The notes beneath the pieces are model-generated. The model was not told where the DNA came from. It saw only the letters and a program-made list of their open reading frames with translations, and made no database searches. From NCBI GenBank assembly GCA_964057225.1, contig OZ059900.1, positions 7,998,001 to 8,062,000 on the forward strand: a stretch of 64,000 nt of DNA. The letters run 5' to 3'. This DNA is from Auanema rhodensis (Eukaryota; Animalia; Nematoda). The first letter of the stretch is position 1. Every line of letters starts with the position of its first letter. The translations under genes were made by a program, and so were the position numbers. This document shows positions 14,560 to 29,859 of this stretch, piece by piece.

Positions 14560-16340
14560 CAGACCCTTTGAGATATGGATTTGAAATTCAGGATTCATAA
14601 ACGTTGACTATTTTTACATATATATGTTCAATTTTAACCACTTTGGTCAAAAAGGACCGAAAATATCAAGAATTATTGGTTTTTTGGGGTTTGAAGGGTA
14701 TTTTGGCAAAATCAGTCAAACTTTTGATCTTAAGCATATTTTTTTCTTCTTAAACGACTAAATGTATGAAATACTGTCATAGAATGTTCATATAGGTGTA
14801 TTTTGCACGAATATCAAAACTGATTGAAATATGGGCCTTTTTATGTTCAAAACGCCATATATTCAACGATTTTGGGTACAAAACATGTGAAAACTGTATG
14901 TTTTGATCAGACCCTTTGAGATATGGATTTGAAATTCAGGATTCATAAACTTTGACTATTTTTACATATATATGTTCAATTTTAACCACTTTGGTCAAGA
15001 AGGACCGAAAATATCAAGAATTATTGGTTTTTTGGGGTTTGAAGGGCATTTTGGCAAAATCAGTCAAACTTTTGATCTTAAGCATATTTTTTTCTTCTAA
15101 AACGACTAAATGTATGAAATACTGTCAAAGAATGTTCATATAGGTGTATTTTGCACGAATATCAAAACTGATTGAAATATGGGCCTTTTTATGCTCAAAA
15201 CGCCATATATTCAACGATTTTGGGTACAAAACATGTGAAAACTGTATGTTTTGATCAGACCCTTTGAGATATGGATTTGGAATTCAGGATTCATAAACTT
15301 TGACTATTTTTACATATATATGTTCAATTTTAACCACTTTGGTCAAAAAGGACCGAAAATATCAAGAATTTTTGGTTTTTTGGGGTTTGAAGGGCATTTT
15401 GGCAAAATCAGTCAAACTTTTGATCTTAAGCATATTTTTTTTTCTAAAACGACTAAATGTATGAAATACTGTCAAAGAATGTTCATATAGGTGTATTTTG
15501 CACGAATATCAAAACTGATTGAAATATGGGCCTTTTTATGCTCAAAACGCCATATATTCAACGATTTTGGGTACAAAACATGTGAAAACTGTATGTTTTG
15601 ATCAGACCCTTTGAGATATGGATTTGAAATTCAGGATTCATAAACGTTGACTATTTTTACATATATATGTTCAATTTTAACCACTTTGGTCAAAAAGGAC
15701 CGAAAATATCAAGAATTATTGGTTTTTTGGGGTTTGAAGGGTATTTTGGCAAAATCAGTCAAACTTTTGATCTTAAGCATATTTTTTTCTTCTTAAACGA
15801 CTAAATGTATGAAATACTGTCATAGAATGTTCATATAGGTGTATTTTGCACGAATATCAAAACTGATTGAAATATGGGCCTTTTTATGTTCAAAACGCCA
15901 TATATTCAACGATTTTGGGTACAAAACATGTGAAAACTGTATGTTTTGATCAGACCCTTTGAGATATGGATTTGAAATTCAGGATTCATAAACTTTGACT
16001 ATTTTTACATATATATGTTCAATTTTAACCACTTTGGTCAAGAAGGACCGAAAATATCAAGAATTATTGGTTTTTTGGGGTTTGAAGGGCATTTTGGCAA
16101 AATCAGTCAAACTTTTGATCTTAAGCATATTTTTTTCTTCTAAAACGACTAAATGTATGAAATACTGTCAAAGAATGTTCATATAGGTGTATTTTGCACG
16201 AATATCAAAACTGATTGAAATATGGGCCTTTTTATGCTCAAAACGCCATATATTCAACGATTTTGGGTACAAAACATGTGAAAACTGTATGTTTTGATCA
16301 GACCCTTTGAGATATGGATTTGGAATTCAGGATTCATAAA
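14560..16340. repeat. 3-monomer (1043 bp) local duplication
   Basis: The private variant ttctTaaacg occurs at 14751 and 15794, and tgGaattc at 15280 and 16323. Confidence 0.85.
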
Positions 16341-19300
16341 CTTTGACTATTTTTACATATATATGTTCAATTTTAACCACTTTGGTCAAAAAGGACCGAA
16401 AATATCAAGAATTATTGGTTTTTTGGGGTTTGAAGGGCATTTTGGCTAAATCAGTCAAACTTTTGATCTTAAGCATATTTTTTTCTTCTAAAACGACTAA
16501 ATGTATGAAATACTGTCATAGAATGTTCATATAGGTGTATTTTGCACGAATATCAAAACTGATTGAAATATGGGTCTTTTTATGTTCAAAACGCCATATA
16601 TTCAACGATTTTGGGTACAAAACATGTGAAAACTGTATGTTTTGATCAGACCCTTTGAGATATGGATTTGAAATTCAGGATTCATAAACTTTGACTATTT
16701 TTACATATATATGTCCAATTTTAACCACTTTGGTCAAAAAGGACCGAAAATATCAAGAATTATTGGTTTTTTGGGGTTTGAAGGGCATTTTGGCAAAATC
16801 AGTCAAACTTTTGATCTTAAGCATATTTTTTTCTTCTAAAACGACTAAATGTATGAAATACTGTCATAGAATGTTCATATAGGTGTATTTTGCACGAATA
16901 TCAAAACTGATTGAAATATGGGCCTTTTTATGCTCAAAACGCCATATATTCAACGATTTTGGGTACAAAACATGTGAAAACTGTATGTTTTGATCAGACC
17001 CTTTGAGATATGGATTTGAAATTCAGGATTCATAAACTTCGACTATTTCTACATATATATGTCCAATTTTAACCACTTTGGTCAAAAAGGACCGAAAATA
17101 TCAAGAATTATTGGTTTTTTGGGGTTTGAAGGGCATTTTGGCAAAATCAGTCAAACTTTTGATCTTAAGCATATTTTTTTTTCTAAAACGACTAAATGTA
17201 TGAAATACTGTCAAAGAATGTTCATATAGGTGTATTTTGCACGAATATCAAAACTGATTGAAATATGGGCCTTTTTATGCTCAAAACGCCATATATTCAA
17301 CGATTTTGGGTACAAAACATGTGAAAACTGTATGTTTTGATCAGACCCTTTGAGATATGGATTTGAAATTCAGGATTCATAAACTTTGACTATTTTTACA
17401 TATATATGTTCAATTTTAACCACTTTGGTCAAAAAGGACCGAAAATATCAAGAATTATTGGTTTTTTAGGGTTTGAAGGGCATTTTGGCAAAATCAGTCA
17501 AACTTTTGATCTTAAGCATATTTTTTTCTTCTAAAACGACTAAATGTATGAAATACTGTCATAGAATGTTCATATAGGTGTATTTTGCACGAATATCAAA
17601 ACTGATTGAAATATGGGCCTTTTTATGTTCAAAACGCCATATATTCAACGATTTTGGGTACAAAACATGTGAAAACTGTATGTTTTGATCAGACCCTTTG
17701 AGATATGGATTTGAAATTCAGGATTCATAAACTTTGACTATTTTTACATATATATGTCCAAATTTAACCACTTTGGTCAAAAAGGACCGAGAATATCAAG
17801 AATTATTGGTTTTTTGGGGATTGAAGGGCATTTTGGCAAAATCAGTCAAACTTTTGATCTTAAGCATATTTTTTTCTTCTAAAACGACTAAATGTATGAA
17901 ATACTGTCATAGAATGTTCATATAGGTGTATTTTGCACGAATATCAAAACTGATTGAAATATGGGCCTTTTTATGCTCAAAACGCCATATATTCAACGAT
18001 TTTGGGTACAAAACATGTGAAAACTGTATGTTTTGATCAGACCCTTTGAGATATGGATTTGAAATTCAGGATTCATAAATTTTGACTATTTTTACATATA
18101 TATGTTCAATTTTAACCACTTTGGTCAAGAAGGACCGAAAATATCAAGAATTATTGGTTTTTTGGGGTTTGAAGGGCATTTTGGCAAAATCAGTCAAACT
18201 TTTGATCTTAAGCATATTTTTTTCTTCTAAAACGACTAAATGTATGAAATACTGTCATAGAATGTTCATATAGGTGTATTTTGCACGAATATCAAAACTG
18301 ATTGAAATATGGGCCTTTTTATGCTCAAAACGCCATATATTCAACGATTTTGGGTACAAAACATGTGAAAACTGTATGTTTTGATCAGACCCTTTGAGAT
18401 ATGGATTTGAAATTCAGGATTCATAAACTTTGACTATTTTTACATATATATGTTCAATTTTAACCACTTTGGTCAAAAAGGACCGAAAATATCAAGAATT
18501 ATTGGTTTTTTAGGGTTTGAAGGGCATTTTGGCAAAATCAGTCAAACTTTTGATCTTAAGCATATTTTTTTTTCTAAAACGACTAAATGTATGAAATACT
18601 GTCAAAGAATGTTCATATAGGTGTATTTTGCACGAATATCAAAACTGATTGAAATATGGGCCTTTTTATGCTCAAAACGCCATATATTCAACGATTTTGG
18701 GTACAAAACATGTGAAAACTGTATGTTTTGATCAGACCCTTTGAGATATGGATTTGAAATTCAGGATTCATAAACTTTGACTATTTTTACATATATATGT
18801 TCAATTTTAACCACTTTGGTCAAAAAGGACCGAAAATATCAAGAATTATTGGTTTTTTAGGGTTTGAAGGGCATTTTGGCAAAATCAGTCAAACTTTTGA
18901 TCTTAAGCATATTTTTTTCTTCTAAAACGACTAAATGTATGAAATACTGTCATAGAATGTTCATATAGGTGTATTTTGCACGAATATCAAAACTGATTGA
19001 AATATGGGCCTTTTTATGTTCAAAACGCCATATATTCAACGATTTTGGGTACAAAACATGTGAAAACTGTATGTTTTGATCAGACCCTTTGAGATATGGA
19101 TTTGAAATTCAGGATTCATAAACTTTGACTATTTTTACATATATATGTCCAAATTTAACCACTTTGGTCAAAAAGGACCGAGAATATCAAGAATTATTGG
19201 TTTTTTGGGGATTGAAGGGCATTTTGGCAAAATCAGTCAAACTTTTGATCTTAAGCATATTTTTTTCTTCTAAAACGACTAAATGTATGAAATACTGTCA

Positions 19301-19619
19301 TAGAATGTTCATATAGGTGTATTTTGCACGAATATCAAAACTGATTGAAATATGGGCCTTTTTATGCTCAAAACGCCATATATTCAACGATTTTGGGTAC
19401 AAAACATGTGAAAACTGTATGTTTTGATCAGACCCTTTGAGATATGGATTTGAAATTCAGGATTCATAAACTTTGACTATTTTTACATATATATGTTCAA
19501 TTTTAACCACTTTGGTCAAGAAGGACCGAAAATATCAAGAATTATTGGTTTTTTGGGGTTTGAAGGGCATTTTGGCAAAATCAGTCAAACTTTTGATCTT
19601 AAGCATATTTTTTTTTTCT

Positions 19620-22600
19620 AAAACGACTAAATGTATGAAATACTGTCATAGAATGTTCATATAGGTGTATTTTGCACGAATATCAAAACTGATTGAAATA
19701 TGGGCCTTTTTATGCTCAAAACGCCATATATTCAACGATTTTGGGTACAAAACATGTGAAAACTGTATGTTTTGATCAGACCCTTTGAGATATGGATTTG
19801 AAATTCAGGATTCATAAACTTCGACTATTTCTACATATATATGTCCAATTTTAACCACTTTGGTCAAAAAGGACCGAAAATATCAAGAATTATTGGTTTT
19901 TTGGGGTTTGAAGGGCATTTTGGCAAAATCAGTCAAACTTTTGATCTTAAGCATATTTTTTTTTCTAAAACGACTAAATGTATGAAATACCGTCAAAGAA
20001 TGTTCATATAGGTGTATTTTGCACGAATATCAAAACTGATTGAAATATGGGCCTTTTTATGCTCAAAACGCCATATATTCAACGATTTTGGGTACAAAAC
20101 ATGTGAAAACTGTATGTTTTGATCAGACCCTTTGAGATATGGATTTGAAATTCAGGATTCATAAACGTTGACTATTTTTACATATATATGTTCAATTTTA
20201 ACCACTTTGGTCAAAAAGGACCGAAAATATCAAGAATTATTGGTTTTTTGGGGTTTGAAGGGTATTTTGGCAAAATCAGTCAAACTTTTGATCTTAAGCA
20301 TATTTTTTTCTTCTAAAACGACTAAATGTATGAAATACTGTCATAGAATGTTCATATAGGTGTATTTTGCACGAATATCAAAACTGATTGAAATATGGGC
20401 CTTTTTATGTTCAAAACGCCATATATTCAACGATTTTGGGTACAAAACATGTGAAAACTGTATGTTTTGATCAGACCCTTTGAGATATGGATTTGAAATT
20501 CAGGATTCATAAACTTTGACTATTTTTACATATATATGTTCAATTTTAACCACTTTGGTCAAGAAGGACCGAAAATATCAAGAATTATTGGTTTTTTGGG
20601 GTTTGAAGGGCATTTTGGCAAAATCAGTCAAACTTTTGATCTTAAGCATATTTTTTTCTTCTAAAACGACTAAATGTATGAAATACTGTCAAAGAATGTT
20701 CATATAGGTGTATTTTGCACGAATATCAAAACTGATTGAAATATGGGCCTTTTTATGCTCAAAACGCCATATATTCAACGATTTTGGGTACAAAACATGT
20801 GAAAACTGTATGTTTTGATCAGACCCTTTGAGATATGGATTTGAAATTCAGGATTCATAAACTTTGACTATTTTTACATATATATGTTCAATTGTAACCA
20901 CTTTGGTCAAAAAGGACCGAAAATATCAAGAATTATTGGTTTTTTGGGGTTTGAAGGGCATTTTGGCTGAATCAGTCAAACTTTTGATCTTAAGCATATT
21001 TTTTTCTTCTAAAACGACTAAATGTATGAAATACTGTCATAGAATGTTCATATAGGTGTATTTTGCACGAATATCAAAACTGATTGAAATATGGGCCTTT
21101 TTATGCTCAAAACGCCATATATTCAACGACTTTGGGTACAAAACATGTGAAAACGGTATGTTTTGATCAGACCCTTTGAGATATGGATTTGAAATTCAGG
21201 ATTCATAAACTTCGACTATTTCTACATATATATGTCCAATTTTAACCACTTTGGTCAAAAAGGACCGAAAATATCAAGAATTATTGGTTTTTTGAGGATT
21301 GAAGGGCATTTTGGCAAAATCAGTCAAACTTTTGATCTTAAGCATATTTTTTTCTTCTAAAACGACTAAATGTATGAAATACTGTCATAGAATGTTCATA
21401 TAGGTGTATTTTGCACGAATATCAAAACTGATTGAAATATGGGCCTTTTTATGCTCAAAACGCCATATATTCAACGATTTTGGGTACAAAACATGTGAAA
21501 ACTGTATGTTTTGATCAGACCCTTTGAGATATGGATTTGAAATTCAGGATTCATAAACTTTGACTATTTTTACATATATATGTTCAATTTTAACCACTTT
21601 GGTCAAGAAGGACCGAAAATATCAAGAATTATTGGTTTTTTGGGGTTTGAAGGGCATTTTGGCAAAATCAGTCAAACTTTTGATCTTAAGCATATTTTTT
21701 TCTTCTAAAACGACTAAATGTATGAAATACTGTCATAGAATGTTCATATAGGTGTATTTTGCACGAATATCAAAACTGATTGAAATATGGGCCTTTTTAT
21801 GCTCAAAACGCCATATATTCAACGATTTTGGGTACAAAACATGTGAAAACTGTATGTTTTGATCAGACCCTTTGAGATATGGATTTGAAATTCAGGATTC
21901 ATAAACTTTGACTATTTCTACATATATATGTCCAATTTTAACCACTTTGGTCAAAAAGGACCGAAAATATCAAGAACTATTGGTTTTTTGGGGTTTGAAG
22001 GGCATTTTGGCAAAATCAGTCAAACTTTTGATCTTAAGCATATTTTTTTCTTCTAAAACGACTAAATGTATGAAATACTGTCAAAGAATGTTCATATAGG
22101 TGTATTTTGCACGAATATCAAAACTGATTGAAATATGGGCCTTTTTATGCTCAAAACGCCATATATTCAACGATTTTGGGTACAAAACATGTGAAAACGG
22201 TATGTTTTGATCAGACCCTTTGAGATATGGATTTGAAATTCAGGATTCATAAACTTCGACTATTTCTACATATATATGTCCAATTTTAACCACTTTGGTC
22301 AAAAAGGACCGAAAATATCAAGAATTATTGGTTTTTTGGGGATTGAAGGGCATTTTGGCAAAATCAGTCAAACTTTTGATCTTAAGCATATTTTTTTCTT
22401 TTAAAACGACTAAATGTATGAAATACTGTCAAAGATTGTTCATATAGGTGTATTTTGCACGAATATCAAAACTGATTGAAATATGGGCCTTTTTATGCTC
22501 AAAACGCCATATATTCAACGATTTTGGGTACAAAACATGTGAAAACTGTATGTTTTGATCAGACCCTTTGAGATATGGATTTAAAATTCAGGATTCATAA

Positions 22601-25600
22601 AATTCGACTATTTTTGCATATATATGTCCAATTTTAACCACTTTGGTCAAAAAGGACCGAAAATATCAAGAATTATTGGTTTTTTGGGGTTTGAAGGGCA
22701 TTTTGGCAAAATCAGTCAAACTTTTGATCTTAAGCATATTTTTTTCTTCTAAAACGACTAAATGTATGAAATACTGTCATAGAATGTTCATATAGGTGTA
22801 TTTTGCACGAATATCAAAACTGATTGAAATATGGGCCTTTTTATGCTCAAAACGCCATATATTCAACGATTTTGGGTACAAAACATGTGAAAACTGTATG
22901 TTTTGATCAGACCCTTTGAGATATGGATTTGAAATTCAGGATTCATAAACTTTGACTATTTTTACATATATATGTTCAATTTTAACCACTTTGGTCAAGA
23001 AGGACCGAAAATATCAAGAATTATTGGTTTTTTGGGGTTTGAAGGGCATTTTGGCAAAATCAGTCAAACTTTTGATCTTAAGCATATTTTTTTCTTCTAA
23101 AACGACTAAATGTATGAAATACTGTCATAGAATGTTCATATAGGTGTATTTTGCACGAATATCAAAACTGATTGAAATATGGGCCTTTTTATGCTCAAAA
23201 CGCCATATATTCAACGATTTTGGGTACAAAACATGTGAAAACTGTATGTTTTGATCAGACCCTTTGAGATATGGATTTGAAATTCAGGATTCATAAACTT
23301 CGACTATTTCTACATATATATGTCCAATTTTAACCACTTTGGTCAAAAAGGACCGAAAATATCAAGAATTATTGGTTTTTTGGGGTTTGAAGGGCATTTT
23401 GGCAAAATCAGTCAAACTTTTGATCTTAAGCATATTTTTTTTTCTAAAACGACTAAATGTATGAAATACTGTCAAAGAATGTTCATATAGGTGTATTTTG
23501 CACGAATATCAAAACTGATTGAAATATGGGCCTTTTTATGCTCAAAACGCCATATATTCAACGATTTTGGGTACAAAACATGTGAAAACTGTATGTTTTG
23601 ATCAGACCCTTTGAGATATGGATTTGAAATTCAGGATTCATAAACGTTGACTATTTTTACATATATATGTTCAATTTTAACCACTTTGGTCAAAAAGGAC
23701 CGAAAATATCAAGAATTATTGGTTTTTTGGGGTTTGAAGGGTATTTTGGCAAAATCAGTCAAACTTTTGATCTTAAGCATATTTTTTTCTTCTAAAACGA
23801 CTAAATGTATGAAATACTGTCATAGAATGTTCATATAGGTGTATTTTGCACGAATATCAAAACTGATTGAAATATGGGCCTTTTTATGTTCAAAACGCCA
23901 TATATTCAACGATTTTGGGTACAAAACATGTGAAAACTGTATGTTTTGATCAGACCCTTTGAGATATGGATTTGAAATTCAGGATTCATAAACTTTGACT
24001 ATTTTTACATATATATGTTCAATTTTAACCACTTTGGTCAAGAAGGACCGAAAATATCAAGAATTATTGGTTTTTTGGGGTTTGAAGGGCATTTTGGCAA
24101 AATCAGTCAAACTTTTGATCTTAAGCATATTTTTTTCTTCTAAAACGACTAAATGTATGAAATACTGTCAAAGAATGTTCATATAGGTGTATTTTGCACG
24201 AATATCAAAACTGATTGAAATATGGGCCTTTTTATGCTCAAAACGCCATATATTCAACGATTTTGGGTACAAAACATGTGAAAACTGTATGTTTTGATCA
24301 GACCCTTTGAGATATGGATTTGAAATTCAGGATTCATAAACTTTGACTATTTTTACATATATATGTTCAATTGTAACCACTTTGGTCAAAAAGGACCGAA
24401 AATATCAAGAATTATTGGTTTTTTGGGGTTTGAAGGGCATTTTGGCTGAATCAGTCAAACTTTTGATCTTAAGCATATTTTTTTCTTCTAAAACGACTAA
24501 ATGTATGAAATACTGTCATAGAATGTTCATATAGGTGTATTTTGCACGAATATCAAAACTGATTGAAATATGGGCCTTTTTATGCTCAAAACGCCATATA
24601 TTCAACGACTTTGGGTACAAAACATGTGAAAACGGTATGTTTTGATCAGACCCTTTGAGATATGGATTTGAAATTCAGGATTCATAAACTTCGACTATTT
24701 CTACATATATATGTCCAATTTTAACCACTTTGGTCAAAAAGGACCGAAAATATCAAGAATTATTGGTTTTTTGAGGATTGAAGGGCATTTTGGCAAAATC
24801 AGTCAAACTTTTGATCTTAAGCATATTTTTTTCTTCTAAAACGACTAAATGTATGAAATACTGTCATAGAATGTTCATATAGGTGTAGTTTGCACGAATA
24901 TCAAAACTGATTGAAATATGGGCCTTTTTATGCTCAAAACGCCATATATTCAACGATTTTGGGTACAAAACATGTGAAAACTGTATGTTTTGATCAGACC
25001 CTTTGAGATATGGATTTGAAATTCAGGATTCATAAACTTTGACTATTTTTACATATATATGTTCAATTTTAACCACTTTGGTCAAGAAGGACCGAAAATA
25101 TCAAGAATTATTGGTTTTTTGGGGTTTGAAGGGCATTTTGGCAAAATCAGTCAAACTTTTGATCTTAAGCATATTTTTTTCTTCTAAAACGACTAAATGT
25201 ATGAAATACTGTCATAGAATGTTCATATAGGTGTATTTTGCACGAATATCAAAACTGATTGAAATATGGGCCTTTTTATGCTCAAAACGCCATATATTCA
25301 ACGATTTTGGGTACAAAACATGTGAAAACTGTATGTTTTGATCAGACCCTTTGAGATATGGATTTGAAATTCAGGATTCATAAACTTTGACTATTTCTAC
25401 ATATATATGTCCAATTTTAACCACTTTGGTCAAAAAGGACCGAAAATATCAAGAACTATTGGTTTTTTGGGGTTTGAAGGGCATTTTGGCAAAATCAGTC
25501 AAACTTTTGATCTTAAGCATATTTTTTTCTTCTAAAACGACTAAATGTATGAAATACTGTCAAAGAATGTTCATATAGGTGTATTTTGCACGAATATCAA

Positions 25601-26430
25601 AACTGATTGAAATATGGGCCTTTTTATGCTCAAAACGCCATATATTCAACGATTTTGGGTACAAAACATGTGAAAACGGTATGTTTTGATCAGACCCTTT
25701 GAGATATGGATTTGAAATTCAGGATTCATAAACTTCGACTATTTCTACATATATATGTCCAATTTTAACCACTTTGGTCAAAAAGGACCGAAAATATCAA
25801 GAATTATTGGTTTTTTGGGGATTGAAGGGCATTTTGGCAAAATCAGTCAAACTTTTGATCTTAAGCATATTTTTTTCTTCTAAAACGACTAAATGTATGA
25901 AATACTGTCAAAGATTGTTCATATAGGTGTATTTTGCACGAATATCAAAACTGATTGAAATATGGGCCTTTTTATGCTCAAAACGCCATATATTCAACGA
26001 TTTTGGGTACAAAACATGTGAAAACTGTATGTTTTGATCAGACCCTTTGAGATATGGATTTAAAATTCAGGATTCATAAAATTCGACTATTTTTACATAT
26101 ATATGTCCAATTTTAACCACTTTGGTCAAAAAGGACCGAAAATATCAAGAATTATTGGTTTTTTGGGGTTTGAAGGGCATTTTGGCAAAATCAGTCAAAC
26201 TTTTGATCTTAAGCATATTTTTTTCTTCTAAAACGACTAAATGTATGAAATACTGTCATAGAATGTTCATATAGGTGTATTTTGCACGAATATCAAAACT
26301 GATTGAAATATGGGCCTTTTTATGCTCAAAACGCCATATATTCAACGATTTTGGGTACAAAACATGTGAAAACTGTATGTTTTGATCAGACCCTTTGAGA
26401 TATGGATTTGAAATTCAGGATTCATAAACT
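19620..26430. repeat. 10-monomer higher-order repeat (3479 bp), about two copies
   Basis: Variants recur at 3479 bp: aacgaCttt 21130/24609, tttgAggatt 21295/24774, gaaCtatt 21977/25456. ORF pairs are 20168/23647, 20864/24343 and 21908/25387. Confidence 0.92.
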
Positions 26431-29400
26431 TCGACTATTTCTACATATATATGTCCAATTTTAACCACTTTGGTCAAAAAGGACCGAAAATATCAAGAAT
26501 TATTGGTTTTTTGGGGTTTGAAGGGCATTTTGGCTAAATCAGTCAAACTTTTGATCTTAAGCATGTTTTTTTCTTCTAAAACAACTAAATGTATGAAATA
26601 CTGTCATAAAATGTTCATATAGGTGTATTTTGCACGAATATAAAAACTGATTGAAATATGGGCCTTTTTATGTTCAAAACGCCATATATTCAACGATTTT
26701 GGGTACAAAACATGTGAAAACTGTATGTTTTGATCAGACCCTTTGAGATATGGATTTGAAATTCAGGATTCATAAACTTTGACTATTTTTACATATATAT
26801 GTCCAATTTTAACCACTTTGGTCAAAAAGGACCGAAAATATCAAGAATTATTGGTTTTTTGGGGATTGAAGGGCATTTTGGCAAAATCAGTCAAACTTTT
26901 GATCTTAAGCATATTTTTTTCTTCTAAAACGACTAAATGTATGAAATACTGTCATAGAATGTTCATATAGGTGTATTTTGCACGAATATCAAAACTGATT
27001 GAAATATGGGCCTTTTTATGCTCAAAACGCCATATATTCAACGATTTTGGGTACAAAACATGTGAAAACTGTATGTTTTGATCAGACCCTTTGAGATATG
27101 GATTTGAAATTCAGGATTCATAAACTTTGACTATTTTTACATATTTATGTTCAATTTTAACCACTTTGGTCAAAAAGGACCGAAAATATCAAGAATTATT
27201 GGTTTTTTGGGGTTTGAAGGGCATTTTGGCTGAATCAGTCAAACTTTTGATCTTAAGCATATTTTTTCCTTCTAAAACGACTAAATGTATGAAATACTTT
27301 CATAGAATGTTCATATAGGTGTATTTTGCACGAATATCAAAACTGATTGAAATATGGGCCTTTTTATGCTCAAAACGCCATATATTCAACGATTTTGGGT
27401 ACAAAACATGTGAAAACGGTATGTTTTGATCAGACCCTTTGAGATATGGATTTGAAATTCAGGATTCATAAACTTCGACTATTTTTACATATATATGTCC
27501 AATTTTAACCACTTTGGTCAAAAAGGACCGAAAATATCAAGAATTATTGGTTTTTTGGGGTTTGAAGGGCATTTTGGCAAAATCAGTCAAACTTTTGATC
27601 TTAAGCATATTTTTTTCTTCTAAAACGACTAAATGTATGAAATACTGTCAAAGATTGTTCATATAGGTGTATTTTGCACGAATATCAAAACTGATTGAAA
27701 TATGGGCCTTTTTATGCTCAAAACGCCATATATTCAACGATTTTGGGTACAAAACATGTGAAAACTGTATGTTTTGATCAGACCCTTTGAGATATGGATT
27801 TAAAATTCAGGATTCATAAAATTCGACTATTTTTACATATATATGTCCAATTTTAACCACTTTGGTCAAAAAGGACCGAAAATATCAAGAATTATTGGTT
27901 TTTTGGGGTTTGAAGGGCATTTTGGCAAAATCAGTCAAACTTTTGATCTTAAGCATATTTTTTTCTTCTAAAACGACTAAATGTATGAAATACTGTCATA
28001 GAATGTTCATATAGGTGTATTTTGCAAGAATATCAAAACTGATTGAAATATGGGCCTTTTTATGCTCAAAACGCCATATATTCAACGATTTTGGGTACAA
28101 AACATGTGAAAACTGTATGTTTTGATCAGACCCTTTGAGATATGGATTTGAAATTCAGAATTCATAAACTTCGACTATTTCTACACATATATGTCCAATT
28201 TTAACCACTTTGGTCAAAAAGGACCGAAAATATCAAGAATTATTGGTTTTTTGGGGATTGAAGGGCATTTTGGCAAAATCAGTCAAACTTTTGATCTTAA
28301 GCATATTTTTTTCTTCTAAAACGACTAAATGTATGAAATACTGTCATAGAATGTTCATATAGGTGTATTTTGCACGAATATCAAAACTGATTGAAATATG
28401 GGCCTTTTTATGCTCCAAACGCCATATATTCAACGATTTTGGGTACAAACATGTGAAAACTGTATGTTTTGATCAGACCCTTTGAGATATGGATTTGAAA
28501 TCCAGGATTCATAAACTTTGACTATTTTTACATATATATGACCAATTTTAACCACTTTGGTCAAAAAGGACCGAAAATATCAAGAATTATTGGTTTTTTG
28601 GGGTTTGAAGGGCATTTTGGCTGAATCAGTCAAACTTTTGATCTTAAGCATATTTTTTTCTTCTAAAACGACTAAATGTATGAAATACTGTCATAGAATG
28701 TTCATATAGGTGTATTTTGCACGAATATCAAAACTGATTGAAATATGGGCCTTTTTATGCTCAAAACGCCATATATTCAACGATTTTGGGTACAAAACAT
28801 GTGAAAACTGTATGTTTTGATCAGACCCTTTGAGATATGGATTTGAAATTCAGGATTCATAAACTTTGACTATTTTTACATATATATGTTCAATTGTAAC
28901 CACTTTGGTCAAAAAGGACCGAAAATATCAAGAATTATATGTTTTTTGGGGTTTGAAGGGCATTTTGGCTAAATCAGTCAAACTTTTGATCTTAAGCATA
29001 TTTTTTTCTTCTAAAACGACTAAATGTATGAAATACTGTCATAGAATGTTCATATAGGTGTATTTTGCACGAATATCAAAACTGATTGAAATATGGGCCT
29101 TTTTATGCTCAAAACGCCATATATTCAACGATTTTGGGTACAAAACATGTGAAAACTGTATGTTTTGATCAGACCCTTTGAGATATGGATTTGAAATTCA
29201 GGATTCATAAACTTTGACTATTTTTACATATATATGTTCAATTGTAACCACTTTGGTCAAAAAGGACCGAAAATATCAAGAATTATATGTTTTTTGGGGT
29301 TTGAAGGGCATTTTGGCTAAATCAGTCAAACTTTTGATCTTAAGCATATTTTTTTCTTCTAAAACGACTAAATGTATGAAATACTGTCATAGAATGTTCA

Positions 29401-29859
29401 TATAGGTGTATTTTGCACGAATATCAAAACTGATTGAAATATGGGCCTTTTTATGCTCAAAACGCCATATATTCAACGATTTTGGGTACAAAACATGTGA
29501 AAACTGTATGTTTTGATCAGACCCTTTGAGATATGGATTTAAAATTCAGGATTCATAAAATTCGACTATTTTTACATATATATGTCCAATTTTAACCACT
29601 TTGGTCAAAAAGGACCGAAAATATCAAGAATTATTGGTTTTTTGGGGTTTGAAGGGCATTTTGGCAAAATCAGTCAAACTTTTGATCTTAAGCATATTTT
29701 TTTCTTCTAAAACGACTAAATGTATGAAATACTGTCATAGAATGTTCATATAGGTGTATTTTGCACGAATATCAAAACTGATTGAAATATGGGCCTTTTT
29801 ATGCTCAAAACGCCATATATTCAACGATTTTGGGTACAAAACATGTGAAAACTGTATGT

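Noticed and set aside
15251-15490. 79-aa + strand ORF
   Set aside because: It arises from a chance combination of SNVs and a T-run frameshift in one monomer.
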